Source: a virus (Duplodnaviria > Caudoviricetes). From it: a DNA stretch of 60,029 nucleotides. Shown one piece after another: positions 1-8,933 of this stretch; the first letter of the stretch is position 1, and each line of letters begins with the position of its first letter. The notes beneath the pieces were generated by a model, which made no database searches, had not been told where the DNA came from, and was given only the letters and a program-made list of their open reading frames with translations. Location: the IMG/VR virus record IMGVR_UViG_3300036861_000473; one strand, 5' to 3'. The position numbers and the translations under genes were made by a program.

Positions 1-127
1 CATGCCGGGCGAGGGCTGTCGCCTGGGATGTCCCGCGGGTCGGGAACGCGCTCCAACCAGCGGCCGACCTGCAACGTGTATCCCTTGGCGTAACGGCGGG
101 TCGTGTTCGCCGATGCGTGGCCGAGGA
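1..127. repeat. 127-bp terminal overlap (identical to 59903-60029); circular assembly
   Basis: Exact duplicate of the last 127 nt; an ORF reads through the junction. Confidence 0.95.
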
Positions 128-1130
128 ACTGCTGCAGATGGTCAATGTTGGTGCCCTCGCCGGCCCGGTAGATCGCCGTGGCGATCGAGTGGCGCAGCTG
201 GTGCGCTGAGGCCGGGAAGCCGTTGGCGCGCAGCCATCGGCCCATCGTCACGCTGACGGTCGCCGGCTTCATCGGCCGGCCGGTCGGCTGCCCATTGTGG
301 TCGCGGCCCTCCACCAGCGGCCCGGTCTGCGGCCGCCTGATGAGGTACTTGCGGATGAACTGGTGGGCGGCCGGGTGCAGGGGGATGATCCGCTGTTTGC
401 GGCCCTTGCCGTGCACAAGCAGGGTGATTTCCTGCTCGCTGACGCGGAACCGTTCGATGCGGGCGCCGGCGATCTCCATGCAGCGCAGCCCCCCAGCCCA
501 GGCGAGCCAGCACATCATCCCCATCCGCTCGTCGGTCTTCTCGGCCAGCTCGAGGATCGCGGCGACCATCTCGTCGGGCAGGTCCCGCGGCGGGCCCTCC
601 CCCACCCGGGGGCTGATCACGCCGGCGAGCGGGTTGCGGGTGAGCAGCGGCGGTGCGCTGATCGATGAGCACCAGTGGTAGAAGCGGCGGGCGATCATGG
701 TCTCGTGGGCGCGGGTGGCGACCGACTTCGGCCCGCCCCGGTTCGGCCCGGACTTGGCCGGCTGGCCAAGCCATCGTTCCAGGTGTTTGGGGAGGTTGCG
801 TGCATGCCAGCGTGGCTCGCCCGAGCCGTCGCGGGGCAGCGTGTCGGTGAATGCCTTGAGCGTGCGGCTGTAGTCGGTGATGGTTCGCTGCTCATGGCCG
901 GCCATCCACATCCACGACCGGTAGCGGTCCAGGGCCGTGCCGAAGGTGACGATCCCCACCAGGGGGAAATCGTCGTCAAGGCCGAGGTTTTGGCGGACCC
1001 GGTCAGCCATCAGCAGCACCACAGCGCCGACGAACAGGTACAGCATGGTCCGGGGGTTCAGGTGGCCAACGTGGAGGTGCAGCGCGCGTCGCGCGCCGGG
1101 GTCAAGGAGATCCGTCCAGAGGGGGAGCAA
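1..1130 (-). CDS. int: Tyrosine recombinase/integrase (XerC-like), continues across the circular junction to stop at 59899-59901
   Basis: Manual translation gives GGLRCMEI (Arg), VHGKGRKQR (Lys), AHQLRHS (HxxR), FLGHAS, TTRRY (Tyr). TTG start at 1130 follows GGAAAGGGG; alternative ATG at 1214. Confidence 0.92.
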   Translation of the reverse strand, partial: MLPLWTDLLDPGARRALHLHVGHLNPRTMLYLFVGAVVLLMADRVRQNLGLDDDFPLVGIVTFGTALDRYRSWMWMAGHEQRTITDYSRTLKAFTDTLPRDGSGEPRWHARNLPKHLERWLGQPAKSGPNRGGPKSVATRAHETMIARRFYHWCSSISAPPLLTRNPLAGVISPRVGEGPPRDLPDEMVAAILELAEKTDERMGMMCWLAWAGGLRCMEIAGARIERFRVSEQEITLLVHGKGRKQRIIPLHPAAHQFIRKYLIRRPQTGPLVEGRDHNGQPTGRPMKPATVSVTMGRWLRANGFPASAHQLRHSIATAIYRAGEGTNIDHLQQFLGHASANTTRRYAKGYTLQVGRWLERVPDPRDIPGDSPRPA

Positions 1131-1279
1131 CGGTGCCCCTTTCCATGGGTTTGGGAAGACCGGCTGCCATGGGGAGAGTTTCCGATGCTCGTGCGATCCG
1201 GCCGCTTTCACCATATGAAAGCGACGTAATTCGAGTACGGCATTTGAGGAGTTGCCGGTGTTCGTGAGTAATTGGCTAC

Positions 1280-1783
1280 TCAGGCCGGGATGGGGAGTGC
1301 TTGGGTCTCTTCGGCCATCCGGCGCAGTTTGCGATGTCCCGACCGGGTAGGGCGCTGACCAGCGCGATCCCACAACCCGACCTTAGTGTGATCGTGCAGG
1401 TCAGAAGTCGCATCGGCGGCCGCCGCGAGCACCATGTCATAGCGGCGGAAGCCCATCGCTTCCCCCGACCGGCGTCGCCTCGCTTCCTCCCTGACCGCAT
1501 CCTTGAACGCCGGGGATGAGAGCGGGCTGACCGCGCGAGCCTCCTCCAGCAGCTTCCAGGCGTCGATCTCGGAGTACAGGTCCGCCAGGCGCCATGCCTC
1601 CTCGGCGGTGAGGTTGCGCTCCCCCGCCTCGAGCCGGCCGATCTGGGTGTCGCGTAGTCCCTTGGGTGGATTGCCGACTGGGCCGATCATCGTGGCCACG
1701 GTCGCCAGTGACCAGCCACGCCTCTTCCTGGCCGCCTCGAGCTTCCGACCAAGCTCCGGGTCGATGCGCAGGACCGTGGGCAC
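1280..1783 (-). CDS. Immunity repressor, XRE-family HTH
   Basis: LEAARKRRGWSLATVA...IGRLEAGERNLTAEEAWRLADLY; AAGGAGG RBS before GTG; divergent from cro-like gene. Confidence 0.85.
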   Translation of the reverse strand: MPTVLRIDPELGRKLEAARKRRGWSLATVATMIGPVGNPPKGLRDTQIGRLEAGERNLTAEEAWRLADLYSEIDAWKLLEEARAVSPLSSPAFKDAVREEARRRRSGEAMGFRRYDMVLAAAADATSDLHDHTKVGLWDRAGQRPTRSGHRKLRRMAEETQALPIPA

Positions 1784-1904
1784 CGTTCTGCCTCCTTGTT
1801 GCATCTAACACACTCTCGCGCGGTGCGCGCCGCGCACCACGTTAGCGTGACACACCCCTCGTGTCCACTGTGTACACGGGGCGAGTGTCGTTCGGGATAG
1901 GCTC

Positions 1905-1933
1905 TTGACAGCGGTGCGACGCGCACACATGAT
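1905..1933 (+). promoter_or_regulatory. Early rightward promoter with GTGCG..CGCAC operator-like dyad
   Basis: TTGACA-N17-CATGAT; the spacer GGTGCGACGCGCAC resembles the dyad GGTGCGCG-C-CGCGCACC near 1822-1838. Confidence 0.6.
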
Positions 1934-1955
1934 GTGTACCTCATTCGGGAGCGTG

Positions 1956-2198
1956 ATGTTGGACACCGAGCTCATGAAGACTCAGCGGAAGACTCTCAGG
2001 CTGTCCCAGGCGCAGGTCGCCGCCGCCGTTGGCCGTGACCGGTCGACCGTCACGTCGTGGGAGCTTGGCCGGCAACGGCCCGACGTGGACGTCCTGCCCG
2101 CGCTGGCCGCCGTGTTGCAGCTCACGATCGAGCAGCTGCTGGGCGCCGGGCCAACAGCGGGCGAGCCGGCCGGCGACCGGCAGGCGGTTGCCTCATGA
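1956..2198 (+). CDS. Cro-like XRE HTH regulator
   Basis: RKTLRLSQAQVAAAVGRDRSTVTSWELGRQRP. Confidence 0.85.
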   Translation: MLDTELMKTQRKTLRLSQAQVAAAVGRDRSTVTSWELGRQRPDVDVLPALAAVLQLTIEQLLGAGPTAGEPAGDRQAVAS

Positions 2199-2467
2199 CC
2201 CCGCTGGTCAGGCCTGCCCCCGCGGTGCGTAAGCCGCTCCGCAAGACCGTCGATGCGGAACGGCGGAGCGTCCGGAACGACCAGCGGCAACGGGTCCGCG
2301 CGCAGGACCGGTCACGCCCACCCCACGGCACCACCGCGGTGCCGCATGCCTGCTGGCGGGAACGTCCACGCCCGCGGGTGACCAGGCTGCCCGCGGGGTG
2401 GCGGTCGGAGAGCGAGAAGGCGCGGGCGCGCCGCCTCCGCAGGAAGCGAGCAGCCCGGCAGACCTGA
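2195..2467 (+). CDS. Hypothetical basic protein
   Basis: ATGA overlap with cro. Confidence 0.45.
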   Translation: MTPLVRPAPAVRKPLRKTVDAERRSVRNDQRQRVRAQDRSRPPHGTTAVPHACWRERPRPRVTRLPAGWRSESEKARARRLRRKRAARQT

Positions 2468-2538
2468 AACAGCAAGCGCCGCCCTTGTCCCCGACCAAGA
2501 GATCAAAGGCGGCGCCCCAAACGAAAGGACCATAGCCG

Positions 2539-2961
2539 ATGGACCTGGGTAGCCGCATCCGCAGCCTCCCCCGGGCTCTGGTGCGTAGACCTGACGAGCC
2601 GACGGTCCTGCCAACCGAGCAGCAGTTGTCGGAGCTCGCCGACCTGGCAGTCACGCGGCGGCAGCCGGCCCATTGGGCGACCGAAGCCGGCTACGTGCAG
2701 GCCGCGCGGCGGCTGCTCACCGTCATGGGTGCCCGTGTCGGAGGGAACAACCGGATCGCCGCGACGATGGCCAGGGTGATGGGTGCCAGCAACGACCCGG
2801 CCGGCCAGCTTGAGCGGCTCCGCGCCGAATGCCGCCAGATCGACTCCGCACTCAGCAAGCTCCGCACCCTGCACACCCAGGAGGCAGAGCGGGCCGGCGA
2901 GACCGACGGGATCGAACCGTTGGCCGAGGTCCGCCGCAAAGCGCGGGGGGCGACCCGGTGA
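2539..2961 (+). CDS. Hypothetical protein
   Basis: GAAAGGA RBS; coupled to next gene. Confidence 0.65.
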   Translation: MDLGSRIRSLPRALVRRPDEPTVLPTEQQLSELADLAVTRRQPAHWATEAGYVQAARRLLTVMGARVGGNNRIAATMARVMGASNDPAGQLERLRAECRQIDSALSKLRTLHTQEAERAGETDGIEPLAEVRRKARGATR

Positions 2962-3203
2962 TGCTCATCGTGCCGCTGGACGCCGCCGGCATCTTCCAGC
3001 GGCTCGCGGTCGTGTCCGGCTATCTGGGCGACGCCGGCTACCAGGCCGGCCTCACCGACGAGCAGGTCCGCGAAATCCACGACGGCATCCAGTCCATCGC
3101 GGCAGTGCAGGCGATGTGCGGCACGTTGCAGCGTGTCGGGACGCTGCAGCTCACCCTCGAAACGCCCACCCCGCCGCGGCGCTGGTGGAGGCGGTCGTCA
3201 TGA
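2958..3203 (+). CDS. Hypothetical protein
   Basis: GTGA overlap; GC3-rich frame. Confidence 0.6.
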   Translation: MMLIVPLDAAGIFQRLAVVSGYLGDAGYQAGLTDEQVREIHDGIQSIAAVQAMCGTLQRVGTLQLTLETPTPPRRWWRRSS

Positions 3204-3421
3204 CCGGGCGTGAGCAGCCCCGCCGCGTCCAGAGGTTGCGCATGGCCCCGACCTGCCGGGGCCACGGGCAGTTGCGTCCCGCACTGCTGGGCTGGCAGTA
3301 CCGGATCAGCTGGTCCGCCCTTGAGTGGAGCCCGTGGTGGTTCGCGTTCGGCCGGCGCGCCCGCGCGTTGGCGTTCCTCGAGCGGTTCCACCCGGTCTGG
3401 ATCGAGGAGCAGGTGCGCTGA
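3200..3421 (+). CDS. Hypothetical Trp-rich protein
   Basis: ATGA overlap, GGAGG RBS. Confidence 0.55.
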   Translation: MTGREQPRRVQRLRMAPTCRGHGQLRPALLGWQYRISWSALEWSPWWFAFGRRARALAFLERFHPVWIEEQVR

Positions 3422-3705
3422 TGGCGGGCACCGTGTACCTGCTGCATTTCGACCGCCCGATCGGCAACCCGGCCAACCCGCGGGCGATGGCCCAACACTA
3501 TTTCGGCTGGTCCGCGACGCCAGCCAGGAGGCTGGAGGCGCACACCACCGGGAACGGCGCGGCGATCATGCGTGCGATCCGCAACCAAGGGATCGGCTTT
3601 CAGGTTGCGCGCACCTGGTCGGGCACCCGCGCGTTGGAACGCCGATTGAAGCGGTGGCACAAGGCACGCCAGTTGTGCCCCATCTGCAGGGCGGCCAGGC
3701 CATGA
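3421..3705 (+). CDS. GIY-YIG-like nuclease domain protein
   Basis: GTVYLLHF...HYFGWS...RRLEAH...ERRLK, C-terminal CPIC. Confidence 0.65.
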   Translation: MAGTVYLLHFDRPIGNPANPRAMAQHYFGWSATPARRLEAHTTGNGAAIMRAIRNQGIGFQVARTWSGTRALERRLKRWHKARQLCPICRAARP

Positions 3706-3962
3706 CTTGGACCTGCCCGCGCTGCGGGACCGAGTTCGCCGATGGTCACCTCCTGGAATGGCTCACGTCGGCGGAGCGCCAGGTGCTGCAATGCCTCGTC
3801 AACGGTCGCAGGCCAGAGAAGATCGCCGCTGACCTCGGCATCAGTCGTCACACAATCCGCACGCACCTGCAGAATCTGTACGTCAAGCTCGACGTCCATT
3901 CACAGGTTGAAGCGGTCAACTTTGCCATCCGCAACGGCATGATGCCGGACGGTGCCCAGTGA
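3702..3962 (+). CDS. Solo LuxR-type HTH regulator
   Basis: LTSAERQVLQCLVNG...IAADLGISRHTIRTHLQNLYVKLDVHSQVEAV. Confidence 0.85.
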   Translation: MTWTCPRCGTEFADGHLLEWLTSAERQVLQCLVNGRRPEKIAADLGISRHTIRTHLQNLYVKLDVHSQVEAVNFAIRNGMMPDGAQ

Positions 3963-4345
3963 CCGCCCGCCAGTGGGTGAACATCGACCCGGTACAGGTG
4001 AGCGCCTACTGCGCCGACAAGGCCGACCGGTTGCGCGACCACGAGCACATCAGCCGCGACGCCTTCGGCCCCACATGGGCGGTGTACCTGGTGCTCGGCG
4101 ACCAGGGCCTGGTCTACCAGGTCACGGTGCGCCTATTCGCCGACCGGTGGACCGCCACCTGCGACCACCCCGCCCTGCTCCGCCAGCGCGAAGGCCTGCC
4201 GATCCGCACTGATCAGGCCTGTTCGCACATCCATGCCGCCGCCGGCGAAGAGGCCCATCACCGCGGCACCCACATCCCTGTCCCGCCCACGCCCGAACCG
4301 CCGCCGCAGCGTCCCGCCGAGGCGATGGCCGGCTTCTACGACTGA
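3959..4345 (+). CDS. Hypothetical protein, SWIM-like zinc finger
   Basis: YQVTV...TCDH...CSHIHAA. Confidence 0.55.
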   Translation: MTARQWVNIDPVQVSAYCADKADRLRDHEHISRDAFGPTWAVYLVLGDQGLVYQVTVRLFADRWTATCDHPALLRQREGLPIRTDQACSHIHAAAGEEAHHRGTHIPVPPTPEPPPQRPAEAMAGFYD

Positions 4346-4358
4346 CCCGGAGGCTCCC

Positions 4359-4769
4359 ATGCCCACGTCCACGCTCATCCTTGCCCTCGTGGCGGTCGTG
4401 CTCGTGCTGGTCTGCGGCCTGGCGGCCCTGTGGGATGGCCGCCGACGATACCGCCGGCTTGTCGAGGAGCTCCGCGGCCGGCTGGACCGGCAGACCGCCG
4501 CGACCGCCCGGGCGCTGGCCGCGACGATCGCCATCCCACCGCCACCGCCGGCCGCCCAGCTCCGTCCGGGGGCCGGGCGGCGCGCCCACACGGCCATCAG
4601 CGTGCTCGACGCGGCCGACCTGCTCCTCATCACCCGCTACGTACAACAGCGCGCCGAAGCTGGAAGCGCGCTGCACGAAGCGGCCGGCCGAGTCCGAATG
4701 ATCGGGGAGACCGCCGCCGCCGACCTTGGCATCCACGTGCATCTGCGCGGACGAGGACGGACCTCGTGA
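4359..4769 (+). CDS. Membrane-anchored hypothetical protein
   Basis: N-terminal hydrophobic helix; GGAGG RBS. Confidence 0.6.
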   Translation: MPTSTLILALVAVVLVLVCGLAALWDGRRRYRRLVEELRGRLDRQTAATARALAATIAIPPPPPAAQLRPGAGRRAHTAISVLDAADLLLITRYVQQRAEAGSALHEAAGRVRMIGETAAADLGIHVHLRGRGRTS

Positions 4770-4882
4770 AAAAGGACCTGCGGGCCGCCACAGGCTGCGT
4801 GACCGGGATCGGCGTTGGCCTCTGCTTCTGGCTGCTCCTCTTCCTGGCCATCTGGCTGACCAGGGGATGGTGGGGCGGATGA
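4766..4882 (+). CDS. Small membrane protein
   Basis: Single TM helix; overlaps both neighbours by 4 nt. Confidence 0.5.
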   Translation: MKKDLRAATGCVTGIGVGLCFWLLLFLAIWLTRGWWGG

Positions 4883-5958
4883 GCGGCGTGCTGCAGGATG
4901 GCCCGTACTGGCTGTCGCCGACCAAGATCAGCATGGCGCTTGGCTGCCCGCTGCGCGCGCAGCGCCGCTACAAGCTCAAGCTGCGCGAAAAGCCAGCCCT
5001 GCCCGCCTTCCGTGGCAACCAGCTGCATGCCGCGCTTGAGGCGACCAAGGGTCGCCCTGACCTGCCCGGCGTCGCCCACCTGACCACAGAGGTCAGGGAG
5101 GCGTGGCAGTTCAACGCGCCACCACCGTGGACAGGGCTGTTCAGCCAGTGGCTCGCGCTGCATGACGACATGGCCCCACAGATGGCCGAGCTGGACTCCA
5201 TCGCCGACCGGATCAAGACCGACGCCGAAGCCGGCCGGCGCAAGGGCGGCGCCCAGGCCCCCCGCATGACCAACGACTACCGCAAGGCCGAAGCGGACCT
5301 GATCGGCCCATGGCGCGACACCATCGACTCGTTGCGTGCCGCCGAACGCGAGTTGCTGGACGACCCTGAGCGCTCCCCCTGGGAGGCCACGACCAGGAGC
5401 GGGTTCGACGAGTACCAGTCGTCGCTGGACACCGCGCACGCCTACACGGCCTGGTGGCACAACACGCCCGCCGATGATCGGCCGGAGATCCTGCACTGCG
5501 AACGCCGCTTCGAGACCCTGCTGGACCGGGGCCACTTCAAGCTCGGCGGCCGGGTCGACCGCATCGACCTCGACCCGGTCCGGGACGCGCTGGTGGTAGT
5601 CGACTACAAGACCGGGTCGGGCAACTGGAGCAAGCACGAACGGTGGATTCAGGCTGCCTGCTACGCGCTCGGCGTCACCGAGGTGATCGGCCAGCGCCCA
5701 GACCTGGTCCGCTTCATCGACCTCGACAAGGGCCCGTCGACCGACACCTACCCGGTCAAGCCGATGTGGGACATCAAGCTGCTTGACACCTGCCGGTACG
5801 CCCGCGACCTGATCGAAGGCCCCCCGGTCGCCACCTTCGGACCGTGCGGGATCTGCTCCTACACGGACTTGTGCTTTGACCTAGCCGGCAACGGCTTCCA
5901 GTTCCAGGCGCTCGAAGACCTCGAGCAGCCCGCCGCAGAAGAGGTGACCCCAGCATGA
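4879..5958 (+). CDS. PD-(D/E)XK RecB/Cas4-like exonuclease
   Basis: LSPTKI..CP, GNQLHAALE, GRVDRID, VVVDYKTG, QAACYA, CGICSY..C. Confidence 0.88.
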   Translation: MSGVLQDGPYWLSPTKISMALGCPLRAQRRYKLKLREKPALPAFRGNQLHAALEATKGRPDLPGVAHLTTEVREAWQFNAPPPWTGLFSQWLALHDDMAPQMAELDSIADRIKTDAEAGRRKGGAQAPRMTNDYRKAEADLIGPWRDTIDSLRAAERELLDDPERSPWEATTRSGFDEYQSSLDTAHAYTAWWHNTPADDRPEILHCERRFETLLDRGHFKLGGRVDRIDLDPVRDALVVVDYKTGSGNWSKHERWIQAACYALGVTEVIGQRPDLVRFIDLDKGPSTDTYPVKPMWDIKLLDTCRYARDLIEGPPVATFGPCGICSYTDLCFDLAGNGFQFQALEDLEQPAAEEVTPA

Positions 5959-6878
5959 CCACCACGGACCGTCCACAGCTCGCCAGGCTGGCGCAGCGCA
6001 TCGACCAAGGGTTCATCCGCAACACCCGCGACGACGGCAAAGGGGAGGACTACGCGCCCCACCACGCCGTCAACCAGTTGCTGCTGCTGATCCTCGGCCC
6101 GTTCAGCTTCAAGCTCGTGCAGATCCACCGCGGTGATGTCCTCGAACGCATCCGCGAGGACCCGAACAAGGGCCGTTTCCTTGAGGGCAAGTCGGTGGTC
6201 AAGCTCCACAACGTGGTCGTGGGTGCCACCTTCCGGCTCGCCGCCACCGTGGACGGCGAGCGGGTGGTGATCGAGCAGACCGGTGATGTCGAGCACGCCG
6301 ACCTGTGGCAGCACGACGGTGCCCGCCTGAAAGATGCCGAGTCGGATGCGCTGAAACGGTGCGCGATGCGGCTCGGCCTGGGCCTGCACCTGTGGGCCGA
6401 CCGTGGCTACATCCTCGACAAGTGGCTCCCCGTCCCCAAGACACAGGGGAACGGGTCGGCGGCGCCAGCGGACTCGCGGACGCCGGCGCCAGCCGCCCCG
6501 CCCCCACAGCCTGCCACCACCCCACCACAGCAGACCCCCGCCGAACCGGCAGAGGCACCCCCCGCCTCGCCGACGGCGGACGCCCGGGCCACCTCGGCGA
6601 CTTCCCCCGCCGAGGAGGCCCGGGCCACCATCACCCCCGGCGGCCCCCTCGAAGCCGCACAGAACATCGAACAGCTCGCCACCGCGCTCAACCGGTCACT
6701 CACCAACGTGATGCTGCGCTTGCGCCGCGCCGGCCAGCTCCCCCCCAACCACCCCCAGAAACTGCCCGAACAGCCGTTCGCCAACATCGACACGATCGAC
6801 CAGCTCAAAGCGCTCGCCGGCGACGACTTCAACCTGGCCAAGGCGTGGCTGCTCGACGCCGCAGGAGCCCCAGCATGA
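5955..6878 (+). CDS. Rad52/Sak-like single-strand annealing protein
   Basis: KDAESDALKRCAMRLGLGLHLW motif; follows the exonuclease; Pro/Ala-rich linker. Confidence 0.75.
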   Translation: MTTTDRPQLARLAQRIDQGFIRNTRDDGKGEDYAPHHAVNQLLLLILGPFSFKLVQIHRGDVLERIREDPNKGRFLEGKSVVKLHNVVVGATFRLAATVDGERVVIEQTGDVEHADLWQHDGARLKDAESDALKRCAMRLGLGLHLWADRGYILDKWLPVPKTQGNGSAAPADSRTPAPAAPPPQPATTPPQQTPAEPAEAPPASPTADARATSATSPAEEARATITPGGPLEAAQNIEQLATALNRSLTNVMLRLRRAGQLPPNHPQKLPEQPFANIDTIDQLKALAGDDFNLAKAWLLDAAGAPA

Positions 6879-7474
6879 CCCGCCTCTGCTTCCTGGACAC
6901 CGAGACCACGTCGCTCGACCCGGACCGCGGCGAGGTCTACGAGATCGGACTCATCGTCCGCGACCCGGGCAGCAGTGCCCTCGATTTGGAGTGGCGCTGG
7001 TGGCTACCCATCGACCTCGGCCGCGCCGACCCGATGTCGCTTGAGGTCGGCCGCTACTTCGAGCGTCGGCCGCCGCAGAGCCGCACCTGGACAGGCGCGC
7101 TCCAGTGGGCACCCGATCAGGCCGGCCAGGTCGAGCAGGCCGACACCTGGGAGGTCGCCGCCTCGCTGATGGAACTGACCGCCAGCGCGCACCTGGTCGG
7201 CGCCGTCCCCTCGTTCGACGCGGCGTTCCTCTCGCCGTTCCTGCGCCAGCGGGGCTGCTGCCCGGCATGGCACTACCACCTTTGCTGCGTGGAAAACCTC
7301 GCCGTTGGCTATCTCGCAGCGCAAGGCAAACCTGTCGCGCCACCGTGGGTGTCGCACGATCTCTCTACAATGATGGGTGTCGATGTAGAGAGGTACGAGA
7401 AGCACACGGCATTGGGAGACGCGCGGTGGGCGAGAGACCTGTACGACGCTGTGATGAGTGCGGGAGGGAGATAA
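6875..7474 (+). CDS. DnaQ/DEDDh 3'-5' exonuclease
   Basis: FLDTETTSL, VGAVPSFDAAFL, HTALGDA. Confidence 0.88.
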   Translation: MTRLCFLDTETTSLDPDRGEVYEIGLIVRDPGSSALDLEWRWWLPIDLGRADPMSLEVGRYFERRPPQSRTWTGALQWAPDQAGQVEQADTWEVAASLMELTASAHLVGAVPSFDAAFLSPFLRQRGCCPAWHYHLCCVENLAVGYLAAQGKPVAPPWVSHDLSTMMGVDVERYEKHTALGDARWARDLYDAVMSAGGR

Positions 7475-7962
7475 CCCGTGCGAACTGCGCCAGGGGCCTT
7501 TGCACCGCCTGCTATGCGCGATGGCGGCGGAACCAGCCTGACCGATGCCGGTACTGCGGCGGGAAGCTCGGGGATGAGCCGCTGCGTGGCCGCTCGCACG
7601 AGCGGTGCCTCGCCAACCGACGGAAACGCTGGGGGCAGTACCGCATCCGTGTGCTCGCCGGCTATGGCGGGAAGTGCGCGTGCTGCGGCGAGGCCGACCC
7701 GAGGTTCCTCACCATCGACCACATCAACGGGGACGGTCGCCTTCACCGGGAAGCCCTCGGCAGGGGGTCAGGCCGCGTCTGGCTTGACATCCTCAAGCGA
7801 GGCTTCCCGCCCGAGTACCAAGTGCTCTGCTACAACTGCAATTCCGGTCGCTCAATCAATGGTGGCATCTGCCCCCACCTCGACCCGCTTGGCACTTCCG
7901 CTTGGCTGGAGGGCAAGCATCGTGAGGTCGAGCGCTGGATTCGCGAGCGACAGCGGACGTAG
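7426..7962 (+). CDS. HNH homing endonuclease
   Basis: CACCGE...LTIDHINGDG...QVLCYNCN; N-terminal Cys motifs; GTG start after GGGAGA. Confidence 0.85.
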   Translation: MGERPVRRCDECGREITRANCARGLCTACYARWRRNQPDRCRYCGGKLGDEPLRGRSHERCLANRRKRWGQYRIRVLAGYGGKCACCGEADPRFLTIDHINGDGRLHREALGRGSGRVWLDILKRGFPPEYQVLCYNCNSGRSINGGICPHLDPLGTSAWLEGKHREVERWIRERQRT

Positions 7963-8059
7963 CGCACCGGAGGACTTCGAGCGGCACACCGCGCTTGGCG
8001 ACGCCCGCTGGGTGCGCGCCATCTACGACGCGGTCATGGCTGAGAGGCGGCAGCCATGA
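7963..8059 (+). pseudogene. Stranded original 3' end of the DnaQ exonuclease
   Basis: Encodes PEDFERHTALGDARWVRAIYDAVMAERRQP, a duplicate of the exonuclease C-terminus. Confidence 0.85.
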
Positions 8060-8400
8060 GCGCGCAGACGCCCGGGGCGCCTTCGCGGCGGGAGGTGCCC
8101 CGGGCCCAACCATCCCAGCCTCCCCGGTCCGAGGCTGGGCTGGTGGATGAGCACCTGCGGCACATGACCGACGGCCGCTGGCACGACGACTGCCGCTACT
8201 GCCGGCGACGCCGCGAAGAGGGCGGCACCGGCGTCCCCCCAGCCGAGATCCTTCGCAGTTACGAGCGGCGCAACGGGCCATCCCTCTTCCCCGATCTGCG
8301 GGTCGCACTGCTCGCCGGCGCCGACGCGCTCGAGCAGCTGGAGATCGGCGGCGACCTGGTCGCCATCATCGGCCACCTCGGCGGTGAGACCGATGGCTGA
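8056..8400 (+). CDS. Hypothetical protein
   Basis: ATGA overlap with the remnant stop; H..H..C..C motif. Confidence 0.6.
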   Translation: MSAQTPGAPSRREVPRAQPSQPPRSEAGLVDEHLRHMTDGRWHDDCRYCRRRREEGGTGVPPAEILRSYERRNGPSLFPDLRVALLAGADALEQLEIGGDLVAIIGHLGGETDG

Positions 8401-8695
8401 CGTGGAGGTGCACACCCTCGTGAGCGAGGTGTTGGTGGACGGCGACCCGATGGTGAAGATCACCCACACGCCCGACGGGCGCGCATGCCCATGGCGGGTC
8501 ACCGCGACCCCACCCGCAGGGCTCGGCGCCCCCGCCGACCGTGACCTGTTCGCCCTGTTCGACACCGAGCCGGCCGCGGTCCAGGCCGCCCAGGCCCTGG
8601 CACAGCGGCTGCATACCGCGCGGGAGCTGCTCCGCCAAGCCAACCAGCAGCTCCGCGAGGCCCGGGCAGGCCTCAAGGAGGCCGAGCATGGCTGA
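8393..8695 (+). CDS. Hypothetical protein, C-terminal coiled coil
   Basis: Coupled ORF, GC3-rich. Confidence 0.6.
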   Translation: MADVEVHTLVSEVLVDGDPMVKITHTPDGRACPWRVTATPPAGLGAPADRDLFALFDTEPAAVQAAQALAQRLHTARELLRQANQQLREARAGLKEAEHG

Positions 8696-8933
8696 CATCC
8701 TCGCCGCCCAAGCCCTCGATGACCAGCTCCTGGCCGTGTTGCGTGACGCGCAGGGGTTCCCGCTGTCCACCCGGCAGGTGTGTGAGGCGGCCGGGCCGAT
8801 GGCATGGCCACCCGACTACATCACCTGGAAGCGGCTCGACACGCTCGCCAAGGCGGGGCGGGTTGAGCGGGTCAAGCTGGCGGGCTGGCGGCAAGTCTGG
8901 TGGCGAGTCTCCGGGACGGTCGGCGATGGGTAG
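8688..8933 (+). CDS. Winged-helix-like DNA-binding protein
   Basis: LLAVLRDAQGFPLSTRQV...RLDTLAKAGRVERV; AAGGAGG RBS. Confidence 0.55.
   Translation: MADILAAQALDDQLLAVLRDAQGFPLSTRQVCEAAGPMAWPPDYITWKRLDTLAKAGRVERVKLAGWRQVWWRVSGTVGDG

Noticed and set aside
1-127. 127-bp terminal repeat as a biological direct terminal repeat
   Set aside because: The length matches a common assembler k-mer and it falls mid-integrase; best read as circular overlap.
1360-1410. Degenerate tRNA-end-like attP within the repressor (GTCGGGTTGTGGGATC next to CTGACCTGC)
   Set aside because: No T-loop (TTCGAA/TTCAAA) match; too weak to call.
4879-5958. Cas4-like nuclease as sign of a CRISPR system
   Set aside because: No array or other cas genes seen; it is paired with an annealase as a recombination module.
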